Positions 24,517-37,043 of a DNA stretch of 64,000 nt are shown here, piece by piece; position 1 is the first letter of the stretch, and every line of letters begins with the position of its first letter. The DNA is from Entomortierella parvispora E1425 (lineage: Eukaryota; Fungi; Mortierellomycota), in the NCBI GenBank assembly GCA_020891255.1, contig BQFW01000008.1:1488001-1552000 (forward strand), written 5' to 3'. A program made the position numbers and the translations under genes. The notes under the pieces are model-generated. The model worked only from the letters and a program-made list of their open reading frames with translations, searched no databases and was not told the DNA's origin.

Positions 24517-25021
24517 GACTTGGATATAGTTGATGGGGGTTGTCTGGTCGAGAGAGAAGGCTCGAGCAGAACTGGGGTGGGAGGTATTGGTGGTGGTGGA
24601 CGGGGGGGTAGGTGTTCAGAGGGTGATGGCAGGAAAGGAGGAGAGGGGGTGATGAAGGATGGATGGATTGAGTATAGGCGAGAGGGAGTCAAGGTGCATG
24701 TACGAATGAATGCCAAAAGTACCAGCTGGCAAGCAGAGAAGGTGGCAACAAAAAAAGAAAAAAAATGTAAACAAAAAAGGACTGCTCATTATCTGATCAC
24801 GTGGCAATGTTTGTCCCGCAGGTCTGTTCTCTCGGAGCAAAAGCAGCGTCGTGCTGGCATCAGGCGCAGACAAGGAACAAACGAAGGTCAAATTGCAACA
24901 TTTCACTGCTCGATTCGCTCCATCCTCAGTCGTCTTCTCCCCTCTGTCTCTGTCTCTCTCTTCCTCTCTCTCTTCCTCTCTCTTCCTCTCTCTCTTCCTC
25001 TCTGCACGTACATTGAACACC

Positions 25022-26069
25022 ATGCTGGCAACCCTCAGAACAGGCGTCGCCTCCAAGGGCATGAACGCCTTGAAGAGCACTTCCTCCATCGCCACTCGCT
25101 CCTTCAGGTACACCCAAGAACCTGATCACTCTCACCTTGCCGGACAATGTCAAAACTCAACAACGCCATCGAGGCAGAAGAATCACTTGACTGACAATTC
25201 ATTGACAACTGCCAATTATTAATAGCAACTCGAACTCTGCCGCCGCTATCCCCACATTGCCCGAGACCATGTCCCCCGAGGATCGCCTCGTCTACGGAGA
25301 GCCTTTGCAGATTCCTCCCACCCACAACATTACTGTCGCCCATCTTCACCTTCGCTCATACCTTCCCCAACAGCTCGAGTTCTTTACGGATTTTGCCCGC
25401 CGCGCCGCCGCTGCCTTGGACATGCCATGCACAGGAGCTATCCCCCTTCCCGTTCAGACCTCAAAGTGGACTGTCAACAAGTCTCCTTTTGTTTACAAGA
25501 AGGCTCAGGAGACATTTGAGAGAAAGACCCACAAGCGCCTCTTGGCTATCCGGGACACCAACCCCGAGGTCGTCCGTCGCTGGGTCCAGTTCTTGAACCA
25601 AAACTCGATGGCCGGTGTCGGAATGAAGATCACCACTTGGGAGCATGTCGAGCTTGGCGCAGGACAAAAGAGACTGGAAACGGTCCAGAAGGGCGAGGCC
25701 AGGAACAGATCTGTTGCTGAGATGATGAAGAATGTTGACGGATCGGCAGAGGTGTCAAGTAACGCGCATCAGGAGCCATCCAAGGAAGTCAAGGCCGTTG
25801 CTGATCAGCTCTTGGCCGAGATGATGAAGGACATTGGAGGCGAAGAGGAGATTGCCAAGGACAACAAGAAGAACGAACAATCGACCACAGAGACCCCCAC
25901 GCCATCACCAGAAGTAGCAACTCCTGAGAACCCAGAACAGCCAACAGAGTCTCCCATTGCGGATGCTGTCGAGCCCCTTGTTAGCGGATCCTCAACATTG
26001 GACCCTGAGCTTTCCAAGATTGTGGAGAAGGCCGTTGCCGAGACTGCTACCCAGACCAAGAAGGATTAA
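25022..26069 (+). CDS. RSM10: Mitochondrial ribosomal protein uS10m; 2 exons
   Basis: Presequence-like MLATLRTGVASKG and S10 motifs (LPVQTSKWTVNKSPFVYKKAQETFERKTHKRLL). Intron near 25108-25224. Confidence 0.9.
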
Positions 26070-26386
26070 GAATGAGGATCCCAGCCCTAGTCTACCTCTC
26101 CCGCCTGTGAATGGAACCATTACCCACCCCTAGAAGGTTGGGTGCTATTGTAGTCCAGTCCCAAAAACCCACCAAACACCTTTCACCTACCACCTACCCC
26201 ATCGACATATTTCGCCCACCATCGCATTTGCTTATTTTTTTGTTTGCCCTCTCTCTGCTGTAGTTTGCTTTCTCTCTATCCTTGTGTGTTTGCTGCATAG
26301 TTTGCTTAATAAAAGAAGGAAAAAAGAGCGCTAGCGCAACATATCTTCTGTACCTGGGTGGTGTCGTGCCACGCGAGTCTTCATGA

Positions 26387-26413
26387 GTCCATAGTCCATA
26401 GTCCATAGTCCAT
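26387..26413. repeat. (GTCCATA)n heptamer tandem repeat, about 3.5 copies
   Basis: gtccatagtccatagtccatagtccat, between RSM10 and TIM44. Confidence 0.8.
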
Positions 26414-26711
26414 CCTCCATACCAACCCCACACACACAAGCCACCCGATTCGCCCAACGAACGGACGAACGAGCACTGCCCCAGCAGGAACAAGCAAGCA
26501 GTCATGACTGCCACAGCGAACCATTTTGGGCAAAAGAAAGAAAAGGAACGAAACGAGCGGGCCGATCGGATCTCCTCTCTCATTCTCCGTTCCGCCATTG
26601 CTCCCGTTTCTTTTTTTTCCTTTCTCCTTTCCTTCCCTCCTTCCCTCCCTCCCTCTTGCCAAGAAGAACAACCCATCCCCCCACCAACCCAAGGGTCCCC
26701 CTCATTTCGCC

Positions 26712-28546
26712 ATGTCTGCTCTTCGATCCCTCGTCTCCTCAAGGACTGCTGGTGCGATCCGCCCCAGCTCGCTGCTTGCATCGCCCACCCAGCGTCTCTC
26801 TGCACACCCCACTGGTCGCCATATCTCTGCACCCTTGATCTCGGCCCGTTACGAGTCCCAGAGCGCCTTTGGAAAGTTTGTCGAGACCTTGAAGGAGCAG
26901 ATCAAGAAGAACAAGGAGCTCCAGGATTCTGTGAAGAAGCTTCAGGATGAGTCTGGAAAGGTTGGCGATAGCGACGCCCTCAAGAAGGCCAAGGATGCCT
27001 TTGGCAAGGCCAAGGTAAAGAAGCCAGGACAGGCGAAAAGTGCTCTTTGAAGGGGAATGTGTCCAAGGACCAAGGATCAGGGTCGCAGAAAAGCAAAGGG
27101 TTGCCCAATCACTGACTCGTTGTTCCAAAAAACTGGTTCTTTTTTTTATATTTCGTCAAAACAGGAAAGTGCCGCCTCTGCTAGCGTCGCCACGGAAAAG
27201 TTGAAGCAGACTGCTGAGCAGTTGAAGAAGGCAACTGGAAAGATCGGTGAGACTGTCAGTGAGACTTTGAAGGGTGCTGCCGAGAACGAGTTTGTGAAGG
27301 GATCCAAGGAGAAGGTAAAAAAAAAAAAAAGTTGGCCACAAGGAGTAGACTCTATGGGTGCGAATCAAAAATAGCCATTGTATTGACACTTGTTGTGTAT
27401 CGTGGCCTTAGATCTCAGAGACTGGAAAGGTGTTCACAGAGACAATCGACTCGGCCTCAAAGCCCATTCGCGACAACCAATACTTCCAGAACGTCAAGGA
27501 GTCAGTAGAAACTGTTATTCAGGACACAGAGTCCCGATATGGAGGTTATATCTCAAAGGCTGCCCGTCGCAAGGCTCGTGGATTGGATCCTAACTATAGC
27601 CCCAAGGATGCTCAAAAGATGGCTCAGGCCGCTGCTGAGCAGACCAAGGAGGATGTCAAGTAAGAGAATGCTGCTGATGGTCATTGTCCGTGATTACGGC
27701 TATGTGGCATCATACTTACGATCTGTCCTACCTTTTTGCATATAGCGCTGGAGAGTCTATGGTCTTGCACAAGGACTCTGCATGGAAGGAGACTTGGGAC
27801 AAGTTCAAGGATAACAACCCCGTTGTTCAGGGTGTCTTCAACATGAAGAAGAACTACGAGGAGAGTGACAATGTCTTTGTCGCTTGGGCTCGTGTTGTTA
27901 CTGACAAGATCTCTGATGCCTGGGGTAAGTTTGCCGGCGCTATGCGACCAAGCCCCTGATTTTGACGAAAGAAAAAAAAAAAAAGAGTCCAAAAAAAGCA
28001 GAATGCTGACTTTTGTTTTCTTTGAATATGTAAATAGTGTCTATGATGGACGAGACTGAGAACGCCAAGACTATCCGTGCTATGCAGATGATTGACCCCT
28101 CATTCAAGATGGACGTGTTCATGAAGGACTGCCGTGAGTTTATTATTCCCGAGATCATGGATGCCGTACTGAATGCTGACTCTGAGACTCTCCACGAGTG
28201 GTGCTCAGAGGCCACCTTCAATGTGTTGTCGGCTGGATTCCAGGCCCAGATCGCCCAGGGACTTGTCAGCGATTGCAAGATTCTTGAGCTCCGTAACGTC
28301 GAGTTGGTCTCTGCCAAGGTTTTGGAGAACGACGTGCCCGTCTTGATCATCTCCTTCAACACTCAGGAGATCACAGTTTTCCGCAACCGTTTGACACGCG
28401 AGGTCGTGTTTGGAAAGGAGGATGCCATTGAGGAGGCCACCTATGCCTGTGTCATCACACTCACTCCCGAGACTATGTCCAACCCCTTGACGAGAGGTGT
28501 CCGCATCATGGATATGGCCAAGCACAATAGCCGTGCCTACATTTAA
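26712..28546 (+). CDS. TIM44: Mitochondrial inner membrane translocase subunit Tim44; 5 exons
   Basis: Presequence MSALRSLVSSR, coiled coil KFVETLKEQIKKNKELQDSVKKL and Tim44 C-domain (MQMIDPSFKMDVF, VPVLIISFNTQEITVFRN). Confidence 0.93.
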
Positions 28547-28749
28547 AGCGCCCATTGGTTTCACTACACTATTCACACACCCTTCTATTGCAACCTCCCT
28601 TTCCCGTTATTTGCATTCCATTTGCATGTACTTTTATCCGGACAAACATTTTACACTATTGTGTTTCTCCAACAAAAACATCCACAGTTATATTAGCCAT
28701 AGACGACATAAAGCCATTATTGTCTATCCACTCTGAAGATGCTACTCTA

Positions 28750-31700
28750 CTAGTATTGTCCTATTCTGAGAGGACGATCTTTTGTGAAAAACCACGATTT
28801 CTCGTTCAGGACCTGGTCGATCAAATGCCGTTGATCCTTCCGTGTGGGCTTTTCTCCACTTCCGCTGCCGACACCACGGAGTTGATGCTGCTGCTGCAAA
28901 GGATGGTGGCGTGGCACAGACGGATGCCCGTTGCTACCTTGACTGCCACTATTGCCCTGAGCGCTGGCCATGGATGACATCGTGCCAGTTTGTTGAGCCT
29001 GTCCGCTTCGACTCATCTCGTCCTGCGAGAACGAAGTCGAGGGAGAAGAGCCATACATGATTTTTAGTTTGGTCGCGACTTCCTTTCGAGCTGCTATCCG
29101 TCGATGTCCTGTCCATTGTTCCAGCAGTTGGAGTACAGGTCCCACCATGTCCTTACTCTTCTCCCGGCGACGCTGCTGTTGCTGATAAGCAGGGTAGGAG
29201 GGGTTTGGGGAAGGAGACCGGCCATTGTGGAGGGGCTTTTGCGGAATGAGATCCAACTGACCAGCCGCAGCACCGACCCAAGTGAATTTTCCAAGTTCCC
29301 TAATCTCCTCAATCAAGCTCAATAGCCCTTGTCCTTCTGTAGAGTTGGCAGGAGGGACATAGTTTCCATTGGATGTCGGCGAGCTTGGAGATGTCGGCGA
29401 AGAGCCAACATCTAAAGGATAGAGTACTCGGATGACCCGCATAGCCTTGATGATATCGGCTTCAGAAGCACTAATATCGAGATCATGGTTCAACAGCCAC
29501 TCTACGTTCTTGATCTTGAGGTGAGCTGCCGCAACAACGAGTGCAGTCTCACCTTGAGAGTACCCCGTAGCTCCTTGACTTTGATGAGAACGTGAAGGCG
29601 GGTATCCTGGACTATAGGGGCTACTATATCGGATGGCGGGGTCAAGCCCCGCTTCACAGAGAAGATCTAGAATTCGATAATCCTCTTGCATGGCTGCCAC
29701 AATATGGATCAAAGGCCGACCATTGTACTGCTGCTGCTGTTGTTGTTGTCCCTGCCCTGCGGTGATGCCTCTCTCTTGCTGAGGTGGTGACTTTTTGAGA
29801 CCAACTACCGGGTTTCCTGTGCCACCATTTTGAAGCTGATGCGGTTTTGAATCATGTACGAATTGCAGAGCATACGCTTGTGAAGAACTCAAAGGCACGA
29901 TGGGCTGTCGAACATAGGCCGGGATGCGTGCTCCTCTCATCACAAAGTACTTGAGTGATTCATAGCACTGAGTATTGGATGTGACCAAAGACATGACGGG
30001 AGTGTAGCCCTGCAGGTTTTCCAGATTGATGTCTGCGCCCAGTTCGACCAGGACCTTGATCATGTCCAGCGGATTCTCCAAAAAGAGGCAGGCAAGATGA
30101 AGAGCGGTATCACCTGTTTGCTCGCTAGATTCATTGATAGGGTTGTAGGCTGATCCATGATGGAGTTGCGGCTGCGTCAGATAGTAGTGAAATGTTGCAA
30201 TGTCACCTACGATCGGACATAGATAGACTGGTGTCCTTGGAGGATTTGAAAATGAATACGGCTCGGGTCGCTGCTGCTCAACAAGAAATGCTCGTGTACC
30301 TAGAAACAGCAATGGTTGTCAGACGAATAAAAATCGATCAATGCTCTGTAGTAGAGAGGAGGGATGACAATAAAAAGAAAGAAAGAAAGAAAAAAGGCCC
30401 AAACCCGCTCTTACGTTCGACATATCTCGCAGTTTCTTTCATGGCCGGATCCTGGACTTCAAACATCAGCTTATTAAACCGACTGGTCGCCCTTTCCAAT
30501 GCCGCCATCTTTGCATTCAGGTCTGGTGGCACTGGAAGGGCCGCTGACTTTGTCAAGCTGGGCACCATAAACCCGGTTGCGACCTGATGAACAGGCTCTG
30601 AGGGTTTGGCCATCAAAGCCTGCAAAACTGCAATGACCACGTCGATCTTGAGTCTCCGGCTGGGCTTTATATCCCAGCATTTCACGAGCAAGTCCCGGTA
30701 TTCCCGTGGCGTCCCGGGAACAATCTCTTCTCTGAGTCCATGCAAAAGATCAGACAAAAGGACTGGGTCCTTCAGTCTGTCTCCAAATGGAATCCGACCC
30801 GAGGAGATGTGCCAAAAGATCACGCCAAGACTGTAGATATCACACGATGCAGAGTAAATGGGTCTTTTTGGCGGAAACCTCTCTGGCGCCAAGAAAGACG
30901 CGACACCCACGGCTGCCACCAAATCCGTTGTTTGAGCTTTGGTGGCCGATCGACTCAGACCGAAATCACAGATCAAGGCAGTCCGTTTGTCATCCAACAA
31001 AATGTTGCCAGAATGAAGATCTCGATGGTGAAAGCCAGACTTGTGCAGGAACTCGAGTCCCTTTGTAATCTCGATCGAAAGTCGGTATCGCTCAGCCCAC
31101 GTCAAGACCGCGTGATACTTGCCCAAGAATGCACACAGGTTGCCGTTTGTGCAGTGCTTCATCACCATACACTTGACTCCTGTAGTAGGGTCTGTTGTCA
31201 CACCATAGAAGGGTACAATAAAGTCGTAGTCGTGCACTCTTTTCAAAATCTCAAGCTAGCGAAAAAAGATTCATTTGTTAAGAAGGCAGCGCTTACCTTG
31301 GCATTCAATGGACAGTTATTAGCATCGCAACTTACCTCTTGTTCAAACTGTTCGACGCCCTCATTGTGCTCCACTAGAGCTCTTTTCAGCACCACACGAA
31401 GTCGCGACCACTCTCCTGTGTGGATCTCTCCAAAACCACCTCGCTTCATAGGTTGGATATCCGTAATATCGTTATAGTAGATCGTCCGATAGCTGCTCAC
31501 GACTGTTCGCTGTAATATCCGCGTACGCTCGCGTTTCAAGGTCTCCTTTGTTTCCAGCTCTGGTGTGTAATGCGTCACTGGCCCATCAGTACTCACAATC
31601 ATACGCCCGGGGTCCTCTTTGGGCTTGATCTTGGGCCGCGCCGCCAGAGGAGGTGGCACGGCTCGAGCGGAAAGGTCATTTGGATTGGACTGAGGCATCT

Positions 31701-32168
31701 GTTGCTGTAGGTTGTCAGCTGCTTGTTGAGAGCTCAACTGCCGTGGGAAGTCTGTACGAGAATATTTGGAAGAAATTATCCCATCCGATAGTTCAACTCC
31801 ATCTACCGACGAAGTATATTCGTTGCTAGTGGCATCAGTTGGGAGAGAATACACTCCAACAGAGTGTGCAGCGTCGTCTTTCGATGCAGACATGGTGCTA
31901 GTCCCCGTTGGGCGAGCAGAAGTGACGATATGAGGGCGCAGTGAAGGGAGAGCTGATTGCATTCGCTCCTGCTCTTGTTGTTGAGGATGTGGGCTGAGGA
32001 CTGGAGCTGGGCTTAGCGATTCTCGGCGACTTGGGATGTTGGATGGGGGCAATATTGGTGGCGCATTTGAATACACGAAGCTTGCTGGTCGTTGTTGCTG
32101 CTGTTGTTGTTGGGGAATGACCAGGGGTCTTGGGAGATGCGAGCTATGATGCTGACGCTGGTTCTGCA

Positions 32169-32205
<37 letters not shown>

Positions 32206-32242
32206 CTGGTGCCGCTGGTGTTGATAAGACTGAGGCGGTAGG

Positions 32243-32279
<37 letters not shown>

Positions 32280-32949
32280 GATGGAGGCCGTTTGAGATAC
32301 TTGGGTGCGTTATTGAAAAGCCATCCTGACGTTGAGGGTGGTGTTGGTGTTGGTGTTGGTGCTGGTGTTGGTGCTGGTGCTGGTGCTGATCTTGTGGCGG
32401 AACTACATGAGATTGACCTTGGTGAAAAGATTGACGTTGCTGATCAATTCGACCTTGCACAGAGGGACTAGGTGACCTCTGCGCCTGGGCACCATTACTA
32501 TCACCATTGTTGAAGCCATTGAAGCTGTTTCTGGCAAAAGATGAAGATGTCGCGACAGGTAGTGAGAGGTCGAAGCTGGGTTGATACGACATGGCAAAGG
32601 GGTCAAACATAACACGGGTCCGAAGTTGCTGATCTTCATTCTCTTGATCACCCAGTTCTCCCGACATGTATCCTTCTTCCTCCTCGTCTTCTCTCAGGGG
32701 ATTGTCAACGAAGGCGCCAGCTCCATAGCGTTGTTGCCATTGCTGAAAGGATGTGGTATTGGCGGTGCTGGCAGAAAGGGGCATGGACAGTGGTGCGGTG
32801 GAGAGCTCGGCCGTGCTGAGATATTCGAATTCAATGTCCAGAGTGGTCTTGTCACCTAGAACAGCCTGGTAACTGTAGACAGAGTGAAGACTGTTGGAAG
32901 TGGAGGACGTTTGGATAGAATGGGTCCTGTCGAGATCTGCTAACGTCAT
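28750..32949 (-). CDS. Tyrosine-kinase-like (TKL) protein kinase with Gln/His-rich N-terminus and C-terminal ankyrin repeats; 3 exons
   Basis: Gly loop RGGFGEIH, VVLK, HRDLHSGNILL, DFG, FLAPE and DIYSLGVIFW. C-terminal ankyrin-like repeats (TGDTALHLAC...GADINLENLQGYTPV; GRPLIHIVA; GETALVVAAA). ATG at 32949 is in the frame of ORF 31243-33306. Confidence 0.85.
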
Positions 32950-33612
32950 GACGCGTGATGGTGTAAGAAAAGAGAATGAGAATAGAATGGAGGGGTATAT
33001 GAGCAGTAGCAATGCATTCACTCTATGCAGACCATGTAAAAAAAAAAAAAAACCAGGGTGAAAAGGACGAACGGAAAAATAAAGTGTATTCGGGTCGAGG
33101 AAAGGAAGAAAGAGGGTGGGTACATGTAAGTGAGCAAGTGAATAAGAGAGCAACACCTGCAGAGTCGACCTAGGGATCAGCTCAAAAAGAGGGGAGGAAA
33201 AGGGTGAGGAGGACAATGGAAGGAGAGAGGGAAAAAGGCAGAAGGTGCATCTCTTTCTTGTTTTATTGGACTGCAGCACAAGGTCTGGTCGACTCTTGTT
33301 GCACATCTATTGTTTTCTTTTGTTGAGCTCGAGCTGCCTTCGCCAACCACATCCTCACAAAAGGGCAAAGGACACGAGAGTGTCGCACTGCGCCTTGACG
33401 ATCAAAGACAGTTTCGCCATCTCCTCACTGAATCGGGCTCTGCGCCAAAATTCCGAGAAACTGTAATGAAGAAGAGGAGGACCATTGGTTGTGCATAGCC
33501 ACACGATATTTCCAAAACTTGCTTGCACAACAGGCGCATGGACTTTGCCTTGACACAATAGTTGTTTGGCTGATAGCACGCCGCACGTCGTTTCAAGAAA
33601 ATATCACACAGC

Positions 33613-35048
33613 CTATATTCCAAGGATAGAATCCAGCCATTCCGCGTCATTGGCACCTTTGCCCGAGCCCTTTTTGGGTCCTCCAGGGAGTGGCCCTTTG
33701 GGCTGTGCAGGAGGAGTTTTTCCTTTGGATGGAGGAGGAAGACGAGGCTTTCGACCCAACTCACTGCTTTCCTGATTATTTGTTGGCCGTGAAGGCCCAG
33801 ACCGTGACTTTCCATATGATTTTGTAATATCAAGCAAGTCGTCCAGGTCGGCATCCAAGGAGGCTGCAGAAATATAAAGTGGCTGATTAGAAACGACCCA
33901 TAGAAGCTGTGAAATGACACGGCACACATTGAAAAGGATAGACCTCATACCTTGGTCCGTAATCTTTGATCCAGCAGCTTCCACCATTGCTGCCTTACTA
34001 TAACTATCCATGAGGGTGACGTTTCTCTGAACACCTGTTGTGGGCGTAGGTCCTGAAGGTTTAATCAAAATATCTGCCGCGGCTTCTCCGCGGACCAGCT
34101 TTGGTACAATTGGTTTTCCTTTGGACAAGGACACCTTTCCAACAAGATCCTCGTCTAACTGCATGATAAAAAGAAAAAATCATAGGTAGCGTGAGTTGGT
34201 TGCCTTGGGGTAACTTTGCATCAATATGGAAGGTTGCTAAAATCACTTTACAGCCCTGGCATCCGACTCGCGCAGAAACAAACGGTCCTTGATAGACAAC
34301 GTCATCAAAGCCTCTTCGATATCATTCAGTCGAACCTCTAAAAGCTTCCGAGCCTGTTGAGAGTTCTCCAAAGGATCCTGTACTTCGACCTCCTTTTCAG
34401 ATTTGAATCGAAAATAGGCGGCTGGATCAAAGGTCTGTTTTTGATCAGAGTCCTTGAGAAGCTCCTTGAATGCTAATGTCTGTCTATCGATGCCCTGCTC
34501 TAGCTCCTCAGACTCGGTTACTATCCAATACAAACAGAAAATGAAAAAAAAAAACAACAAGAAAAGCAATCTTATCAGCGCAAAGTCGAGACCAATTAGT
34601 AATATAAGATTGGTTCATGTTCAAGGACTTACCTTCGTCCTCTCGTTCCAGATACCTATCAGCATTGCTTGTGATCTTGCGTCGTGCATAGCTTTTTCTT
34701 GGGGCTGTCAGAACCCACCCAGACACGAAGCAAAAGCGCGTCCATGTTAGTATCCATGCAGTGACTTTCAAAGTATCTTTACAAGAAAATGGAAAGTCGG
34801 CATTGTCCTAGCAAGTACTTACTACCATCCTCATTTTCATCCTCGTCGTCATTCTCTTGAATATTTCCGCTGTGTCCTCTGTAGCCCTCACGTCCGCCTC
34901 CTCGGCCCCGACCTGCACCAGCGCCTCCTCGGCCGCCACGGCCAGCGGCAGAGGCTTCACTGTTTGATCCCGCAACGCTTCCTCCGCGGCCTCGGACCTT
35001 ATTGTGGTATTTCCTGGAGGCGGCTTGCTTATGTGGGTCTGGCCTCAT
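33613..35048 (-). CDS. Aven-like RGG-box protein; 4 exons
   Basis: ORFs 34779-35048, 34508-34771, 34243-34569 and 33613-34164 join by GT-AG introns. The product has an RGG tract, an acidic patch, YARRKITSNADRY, FRFKSEKE, LDADLDDLL and terminal EWLDSIL. The gene itself is well supported; the Aven assignment rests on recalled motifs. Confidence 0.75.
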
Positions 35049-35368
35049 TCTATGATCTATGGTGGAGATGACATGGAATGAGACTTTTGCATGTGCTCAT
35101 TGACACTTTTTATGATAAATCATCACGTGATTTGTGTAAATCAAGTTGGTGAAAGGGCTGATTTTATTGTGGGTTCAGCAGAACCTCTATGAACGATGCG
35201 AAAAAACAACAAAAAACTAAAGAACAAGGAGAGGATAAGTGTAGTAGAGTCGGGAGTTTGGTGAATAGGGAGGTGGTGTCAAATGTCTTCTCTTGCCAGC
35301 CGAGAAAGCTGGCGGGGTAAAATATAAAAGAAAGAGGATCAACAAGAACGAATGCGTAAAGGCATTAT

Positions 35369-37043
35369 TTACAAGTTGGAGATGACGGCGAAGGTAAAGT
35401 CGGTGGTGGTGCTGGAGCCGCCCATGTCAGGGGTCTTGACAGCGCCGTTCAAGATGGTCTTGGAGACGGCGTTGGCAATCTTGTTGGCGTGATCATCGAG
35501 ACCAAGGTGACGGAGCATCATGACGGAGGAGAGGATCATGGCGGAGGGGTTAGCAGAGTTGCGTCCCTGGATGTCCTTTCCGACGTGACGGCAGCCCTAA
35601 TTGTATGAAAGGATAGAATGTCATTGTGAGCAAGGATAGAACAATTGAAAGAATACTTGTAATAAAACAAAAAAAAAGAGTAAAAGTGGGGACTTACGGG
35701 CTCGAACATGGCGAACTCACGACCAATGTTACATCCGGGGACAATACCGGGACCACCGACCAAACCAGCACCGACGTTGGAAACAATGTTTCCGTACAAG
35801 TTGGGCATGACCATGACATCGAACTGCTGGGGCTTAGAGACGAGCTGCATGGAGGCATTATCGACAATCATGTCATCGAACTTGATTCCAGAGCTGGCGT
35901 ACTCCTTGGCGACCTCGCGACAGGTGTTGAGGAAGAGACCATCAGCCAACTTCATGATGTTGGCCTTGTGGATGCAGGTGACCTTCTTTCTGTTGTTGCG
36001 AAGAGCAAAGTCAAAGGCGAAGCGGGCGATGCGCTCAGACTTGGTGCGGGTGATGACCTTGAGGGACTCAACAACGCCGGGGTAGGACTGGTGCTCGAGA
36101 CCAGAGTACTCTCCCTCGGTGTTCTCACGAATGATGGCAAAGTCGACGTTCTCGTGACGGGTGGGGTAGCCGGGGATGTTCTTGCAGAGAACCAAGGAAG
36201 CGTACATGTCCAAGTCCTTGCGGATGGTGACGTTGAAGGAGGAGTGTCCAAGGGAAGAGACGGGGGTGTAGAGAATTCCCTTGAGACCGACCTTGTTGCG
36301 GCGGAGAGACTCGATCGACTGCTTGAAGGTGGTATCATCAGCAGAGGTGTATCCAGAGACATCGAACTGCTCCCAGTCAACGGGCACGTTGGCGGCCTTA
36401 AAGATGGTCTTGACAGCCGAGGCAGTCTCCTGACCGATACCGTCACCGGGGATCAAGGTGACAGTGTAGCGACCACCGAGCTTGGAGGTAGGGACCTATA
36501 CGATGACCAACATAGCCATATTAGCCTTGATCTGCCATTGTGTTGTCCCGAGGTGATATACATTATATATCTCAATTGCTGTCAGTCCAGATCTCGATCC
36601 ACACTCCCTGAACGTCCAAGAATGAAAGCGATCCGCTCCACTGCATGGAGGCGTAGGGCGAAGCAATTTAATTATCCAGGGTTGTTCAGGTATGTCAGCC
36701 GTTACAAGATCTGCTTTGAATCCACGCTGAATCAGTCACTTACATCCTGAACCTGGGGGACGACGGTGGAGGTGCTCATGGCACGAGGTCCCATCTATTG
36801 TGACAAAGGCAAAAGTCCGAATCAGATCAGTTGACAAGAAAAGGATTACTACCATCGGGGCCAGAGTGCTCTTTCTGCATGAATGCTGTAGTGTGGCATG
36901 ACATGGGTGTTGAGGATAAAGAAGTATCGAGGCAGCAGAGAAGGAAGAAGAGCGATGCGGGGGAAGGAGAAAGAATGAAGGGAGGGGTTTACCTGACGGA
37001 GGGTGGCAGCCAAGGGCTTGGAGAGAGCGACAGTGCGGAGCAT
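35369..37043 (-). CDS. IDH1: NAD-dependent isocitrate dehydrogenase, regulatory subunit 1 (mitochondrial); 4 exons
   Basis: [46 protein letters not shown] and [34 protein letters not shown] instead of the catalytic SD identifies subunit 1. Two 51-nt leading exons encode the presequence. Confidence 0.95.

Noticed and set aside
35601-35641. U6atac-like text TTGTATGAAAGGATAGAA...CAAGGATAGAA
   Set aside because: It lacks the AGC catalytic triad and the CCCCTT arm of the internal stem-loop, and it is the antisense of an IDH1 intron 3' end containing a duplicated TTCTATCCTT. The intron has a normal GTAAGT U2-type donor.
35626-36750. 374-aa plus-strand ORF
   Set aside because: Antisense shadow of the strongly codon-biased IDH1; no independent motifs.
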